DNA of 64,000 nucleotides from Candidatus Woesearchaeota archaeon. GTDB lineage: Archaea; Nanobdellota; Nanobdellia; Woesearchaeales; UBA10216. Position 1 is the stretch's first letter. Each line of letters starts with the position of its first letter. Shown here piece by piece: positions 10,579 through 18,844 of the stretch. A program made the translations under genes and the position numbers. A model generated the notes under the pieces. That model saw nothing but the letters and a program-made list of their open reading frames with translations. It was not told the origin of the DNA and made no database searches. The stretch covers positions 913 to 64,912 of the forward strand of contig JACPMZ010000010.1 of assembly GCA_016185705.1 (NCBI GenBank), given 5' to 3'.

Positions 10579-11268
10579 GTGAAAACCATGTATAAGGAGG
10601 CTGTTGATGAGCTGAACAGGTCTGCAGTCAGATTCTTGGTTAAGAAAATTAAGGAGCTTCTTGCCAGTCAGGAGCATATTGTGTTGGCTATCCCGGGAGG
10701 TAGAAGCGTTCGCAGCATATGGAATATCCTTGCAGAGGAAACGCACATTGACTGGAGCAGGATTCACATTTTCATGGCAGATGAGCGCGTCGTGCCTCCT
10801 GATCATGATGACAGCAACTTTAAGCTGGCTTTTGACACTTTTTTGAAGCAGGTTGTTGCTGACGGCCTGGCTGTTGAAAACACGCACCCTTTTATTCCGA
10901 ACGACACTGCAGACAGAGGCGCCTCTGATTACTTTAAGCAGCTGCAGCAGTTTGGCGGCCCGGACATACTAATCCTGAGCTCAGGCGAGGACGGCCATGT
11001 TGGCGCTTTGTATCCGAACCATCACTCCATCAGGAATGCCAAGGAGGGCTACATTTTCATGGACGACTCCCCTAAGCCGCCTGCTGAGCGAATTACGATG
11101 TCAAGAAAGACAATGCTGAAGGCAAAAGTCGCGTTGCTGCTGTTTGTTGGCGAATCAAAGCAGGAAGCTTACAAAAAGTTCTTGGAAGAAGGCAATGTTG
11201 TCAAATGCCCTGCCCGGCTGGTCAGGCAGATTGGGGATTCTTATGTGCTGACTAATTTGAAGCCCTGA
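10579..11268 (+). CDS. pgl: 6-phosphogluconolactonase
   Basis: Pgl/NagB-fold motifs (LAIPGGRS, FMADER). GTG start, or ATG at 10588. Completes the zwf-gnd-pgl operon. Confidence 0.8.
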   Translation: MKTMYKEAVDELNRSAVRFLVKKIKELLASQEHIVLAIPGGRSVRSIWNILAEETHIDWSRIHIFMADERVVPPDHDDSNFKLAFDTFLKQVVADGLAVENTHPFIPNDTADRGASDYFKQLQQFGGPDILILSSGEDGHVGALYPNHHSIRNAKEGYIFMDDSPKPPAERITMSRKTMLKAKVALLLFVGESKQEAYKKFLEEGNVVKCPARLVRQIGDSYVLTNLKP

Positions 11269-11372
11269 TATTTCTATCCTCAATAGAAACTATTGTCTAT
11301 TGGCAATAGAAACAGTTAAATACATTGCGTGGCATGGCCATATTGTAAAAGTTCATGTGCTCCCGATGTTTT

Positions 11373-11436
11373 GCTAAGCTGCCCTGATTTTCCCTTCCCT
11401 AAATATTTAGGGAGGTTAAAATCAGGGCAGCTTAGC
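11373..11436. repeat. Near-perfect 64-nt palindrome/hairpin of the GGGAGG-core family
   Basis: gctaagctgccctgatttt-CCCTTCCCTAAATATTTAGGGAGG-ttaaaatcagggcagcttagc. Lies between convergent genes. Confidence 0.8.
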
Positions 11437-11518
11437 GGCAGTGGCGAATGCAACTTTTCAATACGACCGCGGTTATGGCTTTTGTGTGCTGACAGGCCTT
11501 CGCTAAGTCAGCTGTTTT

Positions 11519-11646
11519 TTATTCTCCAGTGCATGTTTGGTTATTTCCAGGCTGCAGCTGTTATATTTTTTGCAGTATTCCCTGCACTGCTTCGCAAGCT
11601 CCTCTGTTTCATAATGGAAGCTGCATATGTGGCACTGGTATATCAT
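11519..11646 (-). CDS. Mini zinc-ribbon protein (42 aa), paralog 1
   Basis: MIYQCHICSFHYETEELAKQCREYCKKYNSCSLEITKHALENK. RBS AAAGGTGGA upstream. 3' half nearly identical to 12423..12567. Confidence 0.5.
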
Positions 11647-11830
11647 GTTTCCACCTTTTACTTGTCAAAACCACTGCGGGCTAATGTCAGAAACCAAAGG
11701 TTTCTGAGCACAGTCAAAAATGCAGCATTTTTGATGAGCCCACAGCGTGTGGTTTTGAGCATGCTCGGAAATCGCTGGCTTGCTCTTCGCTAAAGCAAAA
11801 GAGCGTGCGCCAAAAGCGATTTCCGACATG

Positions 11831-12214
11831 TCAAAAAAGCATGACATTTTCATCTTTTGGAAAATCAGCGTCAAATGTTATAAGAACCGCCTTCTCCTGC
11901 ATGGCTGTTGCAAGGTGCAGCGCGTCCGCTATCCCGAACTTCGGGTGTTTGCTGCGGATTTCCTTTTTAAGCCGGGCAGCCTCCAGCGCTATCCACTCAG
12001 TGATGGGGATGATTGCTGCCCTGCTTTTAATGAATTTTAAGCTCGTATCAAACTTTTGGTTTTCGCGCTGGAACTTGTCAGCCAGTTCAACTATGGCGAT
12101 TACCGAGGTTGCTGCCACGTCATGCTCTATCATTTGCCTAACCTTTTCCCCTTTGCCTGTGCCTCCAAGGTATTCGGCCCATGCAGAGCTCTCAATCACG
12201 TATTTATAGCCCAT
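11831..12214 (-). CDS. vapC: PIN-domain toxin VapC
   Basis: 127 aa with PIN acidic residues. Overlaps the upstream antitoxin ORF. Confidence 0.75.
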   Translation of the reverse strand: MGYKYVIESSAWAEYLGGTGKGEKVRQMIEHDVAATSVIAIVELADKFQRENQKFDTSLKFIKSRAAIIPITEWIALEAARLKKEIRSKHPKFGIADALHLATAMQEKAVLITFDADFPKDENVMLF

Positions 12215-12401
12215 TGAATTCAGCCCTGTCCTTCCCTTTCCACCTGAGGCCCTTCACAGCCCCGAACATTGAAACAGGCACTGCCGCATGCTGCCTCAAT
12301 AGCTGCTGAATCACCTGGTCATGGGTTCTTATGCGCTTCTTTTCCTTTAGGAGTTCCAGCATCTGCTTTGTTGTTCCCGAAACCTGTATTGTAGTCGCCA
12401 T
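12204..12401 (-). CDS. vapB: VapB-type antitoxin
   Basis: 65 aa, overlaps vapC by 11 nt in the typical TA arrangement. Confidence 0.6.
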   Translation of the reverse strand: MATTIQVSGTTKQMLELLKEKKRIRTHDQVIQQLLRQHAAVPVSMFGAVKGLRWKGKDRAEFNGL

Positions 12402-12422
12402 AGTTACAGTTATAACTATAAC

Positions 12423-12567
12423 TATATAAAAAGTTTTCTGTTTTCCAGCGCATGCTTCGTTATTTCCAGGCTGCAGCTGTTATATTTTTTGCAGTATTCC
12501 CTGCATTGCTTCGCCCATTTTTCTTCCTTGTAGCGGAATCCGCATATGGGGCATTGGTATGTTTTCA
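12423..12567 (-). CDS. Mini zinc-ribbon protein (48 aa), paralog 2
   Basis: GTG start with RBS GAGGTGAT. (M)KTYQCPICGFRYKEEKWAKQCREYCKKYNSCSLEITKHALENRKLFI. Lies 5 nt downstream of the ccdA stop. Confidence 0.5.
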
Positions 12568-12572
12568 CGTTA

Positions 12573-13433
12573 TCACCTCGGGAAGAGCAGGATTACAAAC
12601 TGCTCAACGAATATTGACGACAGCAATAAGTAAATTCCAACCAGCAGCAGGACTACGCTGCTTATTTTTCTTATTTTCTGGGTTCGCGAGCTGAGTTCTG
12701 ATATCGCGCTTTGTGAGATGGTAGCGAGGAAGGACAGCAAAATCATCAGGGCTGCCATTGTGGCTGAGAACATTGCGTACGCCAGCAGCGCTGATAAAAA
12801 GCCGCCTGTGGCAAATGCGAAGACGGTAAGGATTGCGAGGATGGGTCCTGCGCATCCTATGCCTATGATGTTATAGCCGAAACCAAAGACGAAAAATGAC
12901 CTTGCGGGCGTTTTTCCCTGCAGTTTTGCCACGAACTGCGCCGCCTTATCAAAAGCAGCCGAGTGGAAGCCCTTTCCAAGCAGGGGCATTGCCCCGAAAG
13001 TTATCATCAGAATTCCAACTATGCCCCTGAATGCAAGCACGGAAGCGTTGGGGCTGTCTGTGGCAAGGGCAAAGGACTTGGCAAAGTTTTCTCCGAGCAG
13101 GCCTATCAGAGAACCAAAAAGCAGGTTGAAAGCCACTATTCCAGCAGCGGTTATAATGCCGTAATAAACAACTTGCGCTTTTTTCCGGTCAGCCCTCTTT
13201 GCTGTCAGGAACCTTGTGAGATATGCCGGAAGCACGCCAAATGAGCATGGGTTGAAGAAGGTTGCGATGCCCGCTGTGACTGCAACAAGCGCTATACCAA
13301 AGACAGCTGTTTCAGGCGCTATTTTTGTCATGAACAGGATGAAAGCGTAGTATCCTGCGCCAATTATGGCGATAGCGGCAGCTATAAGCAGAATAGCGTT
13401 GTTTTTTAGGTTTGCTTTTTTGTTTTTCCTCAT
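12573..13433 (-). CDS. ccdA: CcdA/DsbD-family thiol-disulfide transporter (cytochrome c biogenesis membrane protein)
   Basis: Polytopic membrane protein with the NPCSFGVLP and GIGCAGPIL conserved Cys motifs. Confidence 0.8.
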   Translation of the reverse strand: MRKNKKANLKNNAILLIAAAIAIIGAGYYAFILFMTKIAPETAVFGIALVAVTAGIATFFNPCSFGVLPAYLTRFLTAKRADRKKAQVVYYGIITAAGIVAFNLLFGSLIGLLGENFAKSFALATDSPNASVLAFRGIVGILMITFGAMPLLGKGFHSAAFDKAAQFVAKLQGKTPARSFFVFGFGYNIIGIGCAGPILAILTVFAFATGGFLSALLAYAMFSATMAALMILLSFLATISQSAISELSSRTQKIRKISSVVLLLVGIYLLLSSIFVEQFVILLFPR

Positions 13434-13434
13434 T

Positions 13435-13863
13435 TTAATCTCTTCGGAAACCTCCGGACTTGTATATTGAAAACACTAGCAGGGCGATTGCTGCTGACAG
13501 GAAAATCCAGCTGAAATAGCTTAGCGTGACAGTAACGCTTAAAGGCAGGAAGAATGCAATGGCAGGAATGCATGCCGGGCACGCTCCAAGCAGCACGCCA
13601 AAAATTGACGCAGACGCCCCGCCTGCAGGATTTACTTTGCATGTTTTGCATTGCTTGTTGTAAATGTATAAGACAGCAAAGCTGCCTGTCAGCACTGCCA
13701 GGATTGGGTAAAGGAAAAGCGTGTACGAAATGCCGGCCATCGTCTCAAACCAGATGTCAAACCCCCTCAATGGAATTGCCGGCCACAACAAGACTGCAAG
13801 AACAACAGCAGCGCCTATTAACGCAGCCCTTCCGTTTTTCCATGCCTTGATTAGCTTTATCAT
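13435..13863 (-). CDS. Small membrane protein with a loop Cys pair (CKTCKV) and CxxC in a TM helix (GACPACIPAIAFF); MerT/VKOR-like architecture, uncharacterised family
   Basis: 142 aa. Paralogs at 27589 (N-terminal domain), 31461 and 33793. Four-nt overlap with the upstream gene. Confidence 0.65.
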   Translation of the reverse strand: MIKLIKAWKNGRAALIGAAVVLAVLLWPAIPLRGFDIWFETMAGISYTLFLYPILAVLTGSFAVLYIYNKQCKTCKVNPAGGASASIFGVLLGACPACIPAIAFFLPLSVTVTLSYFSWIFLSAAIALLVFSIYKSGGFRRD

Positions 13864-14729
13864 CTGTAAATCACTTCTATATTTTCGCTGTCAAGCACTT
13901 CATGCTCTATATCTGACTCCTGTCCGTCTGCTGTAATCGTTCCGCCGCAGTAGCTTCCAAAATCTGTCACAATACACTCGCCTGCTTCCCACCCAAACGT
14001 CTCGAACAGGTACTTCAGCGTGACTCCTTTTGCATGAACATGCACTTCTTTTCCATCGCTGTCTTCAAAATGAACAAAAGAGCTTCTTAGCTGGTATTTG
14101 GAATCGGCAAAATCAACTTTGCTTCCTCCAAGGGTAACGCTTATGTTGGCGTGCTCATGAGTCGAACCTAATACTAGGTTGGCAGATTCGCCTCTGACAA
14201 TCAAATCCTCAAGCGTTTTCGTGTCTATTGGAAACCCGTTGTCCCTGTAAACAATCTTTCCATCAGGGTCTACTATTATGGTTGTGTCAAAACTTCTGAT
14301 GCTATACAATTGTGCAATGCTCCCGTCATCAAATCCCATAATCCAGTCATTCCTGCCGAACTGCTGCCTGAAACGCTCCAGGTCCTGCGCTGTTTCGCGC
14401 TGGTCAACGTCAATCTGCATGACAACCAAAGGGATGTGCGGAAAATTGTTCTGTGCGCGCTTTACATTGGCAGCTTCTATCTGGCACGGAACGCACCACG
14501 TGGCCATTGATGCGAATAAAACGTATTTTCCCCTGAAATCAGACAGCTTTACAACATTGCCATCAATTGTTGCAAGCGCAAAGTCCCTGGCAAGTTTGCC
14601 TTCCGCAATTCCCTCTTCGGCATTCAATCCGGTTTCGGGAGGGCTTTCCGCGTTTTTCTGCGCGATAAAAAATGCTGCAATCGCAAGAATCGCCAAAAAC
14701 CCTGTTATGAAATAGTTCCTTTTCATCAT
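13860..14729 (-). CDS. TlpA/ResA-like thioredoxin (WCVPC) fused to a novel His/Cys-rich extracytoplasmic domain
   Basis: N-terminal TM anchor, Trx domain, then a C-terminal domain (HEHAN...VHVHAKG...GECIVTDFGSYCGG) paralogous to 25009, 30707 and 32240. Confidence 0.7.
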   Translation of the reverse strand: MMKRNYFITGFLAILAIAAFFIAQKNAESPPETGLNAEEGIAEGKLARDFALATIDGNVVKLSDFRGKYVLFASMATWCVPCQIEAANVKRAQNNFPHIPLVVMQIDVDQRETAQDLERFRQQFGRNDWIMGFDDGSIAQLYSIRSFDTTIIVDPDGKIVYRDNGFPIDTKTLEDLIVRGESANLVLGSTHEHANISVTLGGSKVDFADSKYQLRSSFVHFEDSDGKEVHVHAKGVTLKYLFETFGWEAGECIVTDFGSYCGGTITADGQESDIEHEVLDSENIEVIYR

Positions 14730-14740
14730 TAGTTGGCTTT

Positions 14741-16147
14741 TTATTCAACACAGCATGCCATTTCGTTCAGATTCTGCGTGAAGCTCTGCGCAACCTTCTT
14801 AATCATCTCGCTCAGCGTCGGGAAGACGTGCACCGTGTCCTTGATGTCGTCAATCGTCATTTTGTTCCTGATGGCGTACGTTGCGAGCGTGATTATGTCG
14901 GCAGCCTGCGGCCCTGCAATCTGCACTCCCAAAACCCTTCGCGTCCTGTGTTCCAGGACCATCTTTATGATGCCTCTTGCGTCTTTAATGGCAAGGGCCT
15001 TCTCAACGTGGTCCAGCTTTATTGTTGAGCACATGCACGTTTTGTAGCGCTGCATGTATTCCGCTTCGGTTATCCCGACAGCAGCTGCTTCAGGGGAGGT
15101 AAAAACTGCATAGGGAACCTGGCGGTAGTTTATGCTTTTCTTTGCATTCTCAAACATGTTGAGCACGGCAAGATTGCCTTCCTTCGCTGCCGTGGTTTCC
15201 AGCGGCATCATGCCGGTAACGTCGCCGGCTGCAAAAATGTGCTGCCTGGAAGTCCTGAAATGCCTGTTCACTTTGACAAATCCCCGCTTGTCAAGCTTTA
15301 CTCCGGCGTTTTGCGCTTCAAGCTTTTTTGTGTGCGGCTGCAGCCCTGTTCCGAGAAACAGCGCTGCTGCTGAAAATGTGCGTTTCTTTCCTTTAACCAC
15401 GGCGGTGAGCTGCAATCCTGTTTTTGTTTTCTTGACTTCTTTTGCTTCAACTCCGGTAAGGATTTGTATGCCTTCTGCCTGCAGATGCCTTTGCACTTCT
15501 GCAGAAATGTCGGGGTCAAACTTCGGCAGCACCCTGTCAGAGCGCTGGAGTACAGTGGTTTTTATTCCGAAGTGGTGGAATATCTGGGAGAACTCCATGC
15601 CTTGCGGGCCCGCACCGAGTATGATAACTGACTTCGGCTTCTTTTTCAGCTCAAAAACGTTTTTGTTAGTAAGGTAAGCAATCTTTTCTATACCTTCAAT
15701 AGGCGGAACAGATGTTGAAGCTCCAGTTGCAATGAGAATGTAATCAGCGGAATATTCGCTGTCGCCAACAGAAACAGTATGCTCATCCACAAAACTTGCT
15801 TTTCCTTCCTTGTATCCAACGTGTTCCTGCTTTTTTATTACGTTACCATAATTTTTCTTTCTGAATCCTTCAATCATCTGTTTTGTTTCCTTTAGCGCCT
15901 CTACAAAATCAGCTGTGCCTTTTACTTTAACTGCCTTAAAGCTGCTGTGGGCAGGGTAGTAATACTCGCTGCCCTGGTGCAGCATGATTTTGGAAGGAAC
16001 GCAGCCGACATTGACGCACGTTCCGCCAAGGGGCAGTATTTTGGAATCGTTTATCATTAAAGTCTTTTTTCCCAGCAAATTTGCCCTGTTGGCAGCTGCA
16101 AATGCTGCAGCTCCCCCTCCCAGGATGATTAAGTCGTACTTCGTCAT
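14741..16147 (-). CDS. merA: Mercuric reductase MerA (no NmerA domain); class I pyridine nucleotide-disulfide oxidoreductase
   Basis: GGGAAAFAAA FAD motif, redox disulfide GTCVNVGCVPSK, and a C-terminal vicinal CC (EMACCVE). ATGA overlap with the upstream ArsR stop. The ORF track begins at 16168. Confidence 0.75.
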   Translation of the reverse strand: MTKYDLIILGGGAAAFAAANRANLLGKKTLMINDSKILPLGGTCVNVGCVPSKIMLHQGSEYYYPAHSSFKAVKVKGTADFVEALKETKQMIEGFRKKNYGNVIKKQEHVGYKEGKASFVDEHTVSVGDSEYSADYILIATGASTSVPPIEGIEKIAYLTNKNVFELKKKPKSVIILGAGPQGMEFSQIFHHFGIKTTVLQRSDRVLPKFDPDISAEVQRHLQAEGIQILTGVEAKEVKKTKTGLQLTAVVKGKKRTFSAAALFLGTGLQPHTKKLEAQNAGVKLDKRGFVKVNRHFRTSRQHIFAAGDVTGMMPLETTAAKEGNLAVLNMFENAKKSINYRQVPYAVFTSPEAAAVGITEAEYMQRYKTCMCSTIKLDHVEKALAIKDARGIIKMVLEHRTRRVLGVQIAGPQAADIITLATYAIRNKMTIDDIKDTVHVFPTLSEMIKKVAQSFTQNLNEMACCVE

Positions 16148-16473
16148 CTTTCCCTCCTTTTTATGCACCCAATGCAGTATTTTGAAGTATGCAGGTTGAT
16201 TAGCTTCATGAGCGGCTCTATGGTTTGCTTGTTAAGTCTGTACACTCTTTCCTTGCCGCTTGGTTTGACGCTGACAAAGCCGCAGCTTTTCAGCCTTGCT
16301 AAACTGTTTGAGATTGTGCTTTGGTCAGCGCCAACTGCTGCCGTTATTTCCGACACGTTCTTTGACTCTTTCAGCAGCGCATTCAGTATTTTGATGCGTG
16401 TTCTGTTTGAAAGCGTTGCCAGGAAATACTCATACGCCTCATCCGGAGTTGCCTGCTGCATAACATATTTCAT
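16144..16473 (-). CDS. ArsR/SmtB-family HTH regulator (archaeal MerR-like)
   Basis: wHTH with a C-terminal CIGC. Translationally coupled to merA. Confidence 0.7.
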   Translation of the reverse strand: MKYVMQQATPDEAYEYFLATLSNRTRIKILNALLKESKNVSEITAAVGADQSTISNSLARLKSCGFVSVKPSGKERVYRLNKQTIEPLMKLINLHTSKYCIGCIKRRER

Positions 16474-16599
16474 TTTTAAAATATTTAGAAAATGAAATAC
16501 TATTTAAATGTTTCGGAATATCCGGTTTTACTGCATCCGACACCGTTTCCACGCTTTTAGCGCAAAATATGGCGGCATCTAAGAGGGCTTTTTTCCATT

Positions 16600-17670
16600 T
16601 CATGAGGTTGTCGTGGTTTTTGACAAATAGCCGAACTCTTTTGCCGCGATTACAAACATGGAATGGCTCCAGCATAGGGGAGAGACGGAAGGGGTTGTTC
16701 CGGCATGAAGCTGCTCCGGAATGAAGTGCCGGAAATTGTTGCTGTACTTCTCAAAAAGTAATTTTGCTTCAGCTCTCCTGTCCAGCTTTGAGAGCGCAAT
16801 AGCATACCAGTAAGTGAGCAGCGGCCAGCCGCCCGCGCCCTTGTTCTGCAGCCGCGTATGTGAAAGAACGCCGTCATAGACGTCATTCTCATATCGCATT
16901 ACGCCCTGGGGGGTGAGAAGGCGTTGCTCAATCCTAAGCACGGACTCTTTTGATTTGGTGTCGTGGTTGGTAACGTTGAACGGCCATATAAGGCCAAGCA
17001 AGCTGCCATCAACGTGCTCGTCAGGCAGGCTGCATACTCTCGGATAAAAGGAAGATGGGCATGTCTGCATGGCAGCAACCATCTGCTCAGATGCCCGAAG
17101 CCATTTATCGTTGTTAAGAGCTTCATGCGCTCGCCGCAGGCCGAAGCTGCAGGCTGCCAAGGAGTAGGAAAAGCTGTTTTTGATGTCATCCTTTAGGTCG
17201 CGCTCCTCCCACAGGTCATGAGCGACCACATTAAACCTTGAGCCGCCCCACCTTTCAGTCAGGCCGTCGGCAAGCAGCGTGACAGCATTTTTTGAGGCGC
17301 TATCAAGGGGTTGCGCAAGCAAAGACCACAGCAAAGCGCCTGCCTGGTCAGGCTGGTACTGCGAGCCAAACTCGGTGTCGCGCGCGCCATTGGTTGCATA
17401 GCGCTGATGAACAAGTCCTGTTTCCCTAAATCCCTCAGCGCGCTCCAGCAGCCATTTTATGAATGGCTTGCGCATGGAGTTGATGCCAAGAAGGTGGGCT
17501 GCGTACAGGGTAAAAGCGACATCCCTGGGCCAGACATAGTGGTAGTTGGCAACATTTTTGGGATAATGCTGTATGTCTGTGTTTGCAGCCACAATGGCGC
17601 CGTTCTCAAGGGCAGCTTCAAGAAAAACTTCTCTGCTTGCCTCAAGCAGTGCCTTTATGCGGTGAGACAT
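16600..17670 (-). CDS. Glycoside hydrolase family 15 (glucoamylase/glucodextranase-like)
   Basis: Motifs YHYVWPRD and HDLWEE, with an (alpha/alpha)6-type sequence. Confidence 0.65.
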   Translation of the reverse strand: MSHRIKALLEASREVFLEAALENGAIVAANTDIQHYPKNVANYHYVWPRDVAFTLYAAHLLGINSMRKPFIKWLLERAEGFRETGLVHQRYATNGARDTEFGSQYQPDQAGALLWSLLAQPLDSASKNAVTLLADGLTERWGGSRFNVVAHDLWEERDLKDDIKNSFSYSLAACSFGLRRAHEALNNDKWLRASEQMVAAMQTCPSSFYPRVCSLPDEHVDGSLLGLIWPFNVTNHDTKSKESVLRIEQRLLTPQGVMRYENDVYDGVLSHTRLQNKGAGGWPLLTYWYAIALSKLDRRAEAKLLFEKYSNNFRHFIPEQLHAGTTPSVSPLCWSHSMFVIAAKEFGYLSKTTTTS

Positions 17671-17781
17671 GAAGCAGCTTACTCAAGTATGCTTAATAAA
17701 TATTTTCTTTAATGTGGCTGCTTACAGTTTTTAGCTTTGGCTGCCTGTCTGGCAAAACAGCCCTTTTTCCTTGCATTTTTC

Positions 17782-18195
17782 TTACTTTACAAAATTAAGC
17801 AGAATTTTTTCCAGCGAGAAAATCCATTTTTGGAAGGACGTGGTTCCTACGTACTGGTTGAAGGCGAAGAGCGCTCCTGAAAAGATAAGATAACCCAGAA
17901 CAATAAACACTGGGTAAACTTCGGGGTGGTAGATGTAGTCGTCGCTGGTGTAAACGTGGCACCAGTAGCACCAGCTCGGGGCTGTAAGAAGGAGGAAGAT
18001 GGGCTTGTTTTCCCTAACCGCCTAATTGAATGCGTCAGGCCCGTAGTCTCTCCATTCTATTCTCCCGGAAACGCGCATCTCTTCAGCGTGCTCAAAAGTG
18101 TAGTGGGAAGAGGCAAAAGCGGTTTCGGAAGCAACAGATGCAGCAAGAATCATGCACAGCAGAAAAATGGCTGTTCTCTGCTGATTATTGCACAT
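17782..18195 (-). pseudogene. Thioredoxin_7/DUF255 (YyaL N-domain-like) secreted thioredoxin-fold protein interrupted by an in-frame TAG at 18022..18024
   Basis: [85 protein letters not shown]... aligns across the stop with the YyaL motif [27 protein letters not shown]. The downstream part contains no Met. Confidence 0.6.
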
Positions 18196-18426
18196 TTTTT
18201 ATCCTCGCGCTTGTTTGGTTGAAAATTTTTGGCATTTTCTTTGCCTATAAAATTGGCTTCACCGATGCTATTTAAACCTGCCGCCAAAACGCTGCAAAAC
18301 CTTCCAGTATACTGAAATGTGACAAATTAAGGCAAACATTTAAATAGATGATAGTTTTATCATATGATAAGTTTATCATTTAAATGAGATTGCCAGACTG
18401 ATTGGGAAGGACATGTAGAAGACGAT

Positions 18427-18819
18427 TTGGACGGTTGGCAACAATTGGAGGCAATAAAAATGAAAATGAACCCGATGGTTATGATGGGAATGATGGCTGT
18501 GCTGACGATTGCATCGCTGGTGTTTGCGTATCAGGGTGTGAGAATGCACGCAGAAGTTGACAGCGAAGAGGCGCGGCTGCACAGCTTGCAGGCTGACTAC
18601 TTCAGCATTGCAAAAGCTGACAGGGATGCTGCGCCTGCCGGCTCTGACTTGAACGCACGGCTGGTTGAAATATCGCAGCTGCCATCTGAGCTGCTCAGGC
18701 TTAAGCTTGTAGGAGTTGGAAAGATACTAACAGGCATATACGTGCTGCTGTTTGGAATCTTGGTGGCTCTGATAATGATGCCAGTCAGGCTTGGCAGGCT
18801 GCTTAACAAGCAGCGCTAA
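18427..18819 (+). CDS. Hypothetical membrane protein
   Basis: 130 aa with two hydrophobic segments. AT-rich promoter with TTTAAATA boxes upstream. Confidence 0.45.
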   Translation: MDGWQQLEAIKMKMNPMVMMGMMAVLTIASLVFAYQGVRMHAEVDSEEARLHSLQADYFSIAKADRDAAPAGSDLNARLVEISQLPSELLRLKLVGVGKILTGIYVLLFGILVALIMMPVRLGRLLNKQR

Positions 18820-18844
18820 ATTTTTTACGGTTGATGAGGGAAAA

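Noticed and set aside
16650-17189. Nested ORFs inside and antisense to the GH15 gene
   Set aside because: Shadow frames of a well-supported gene.
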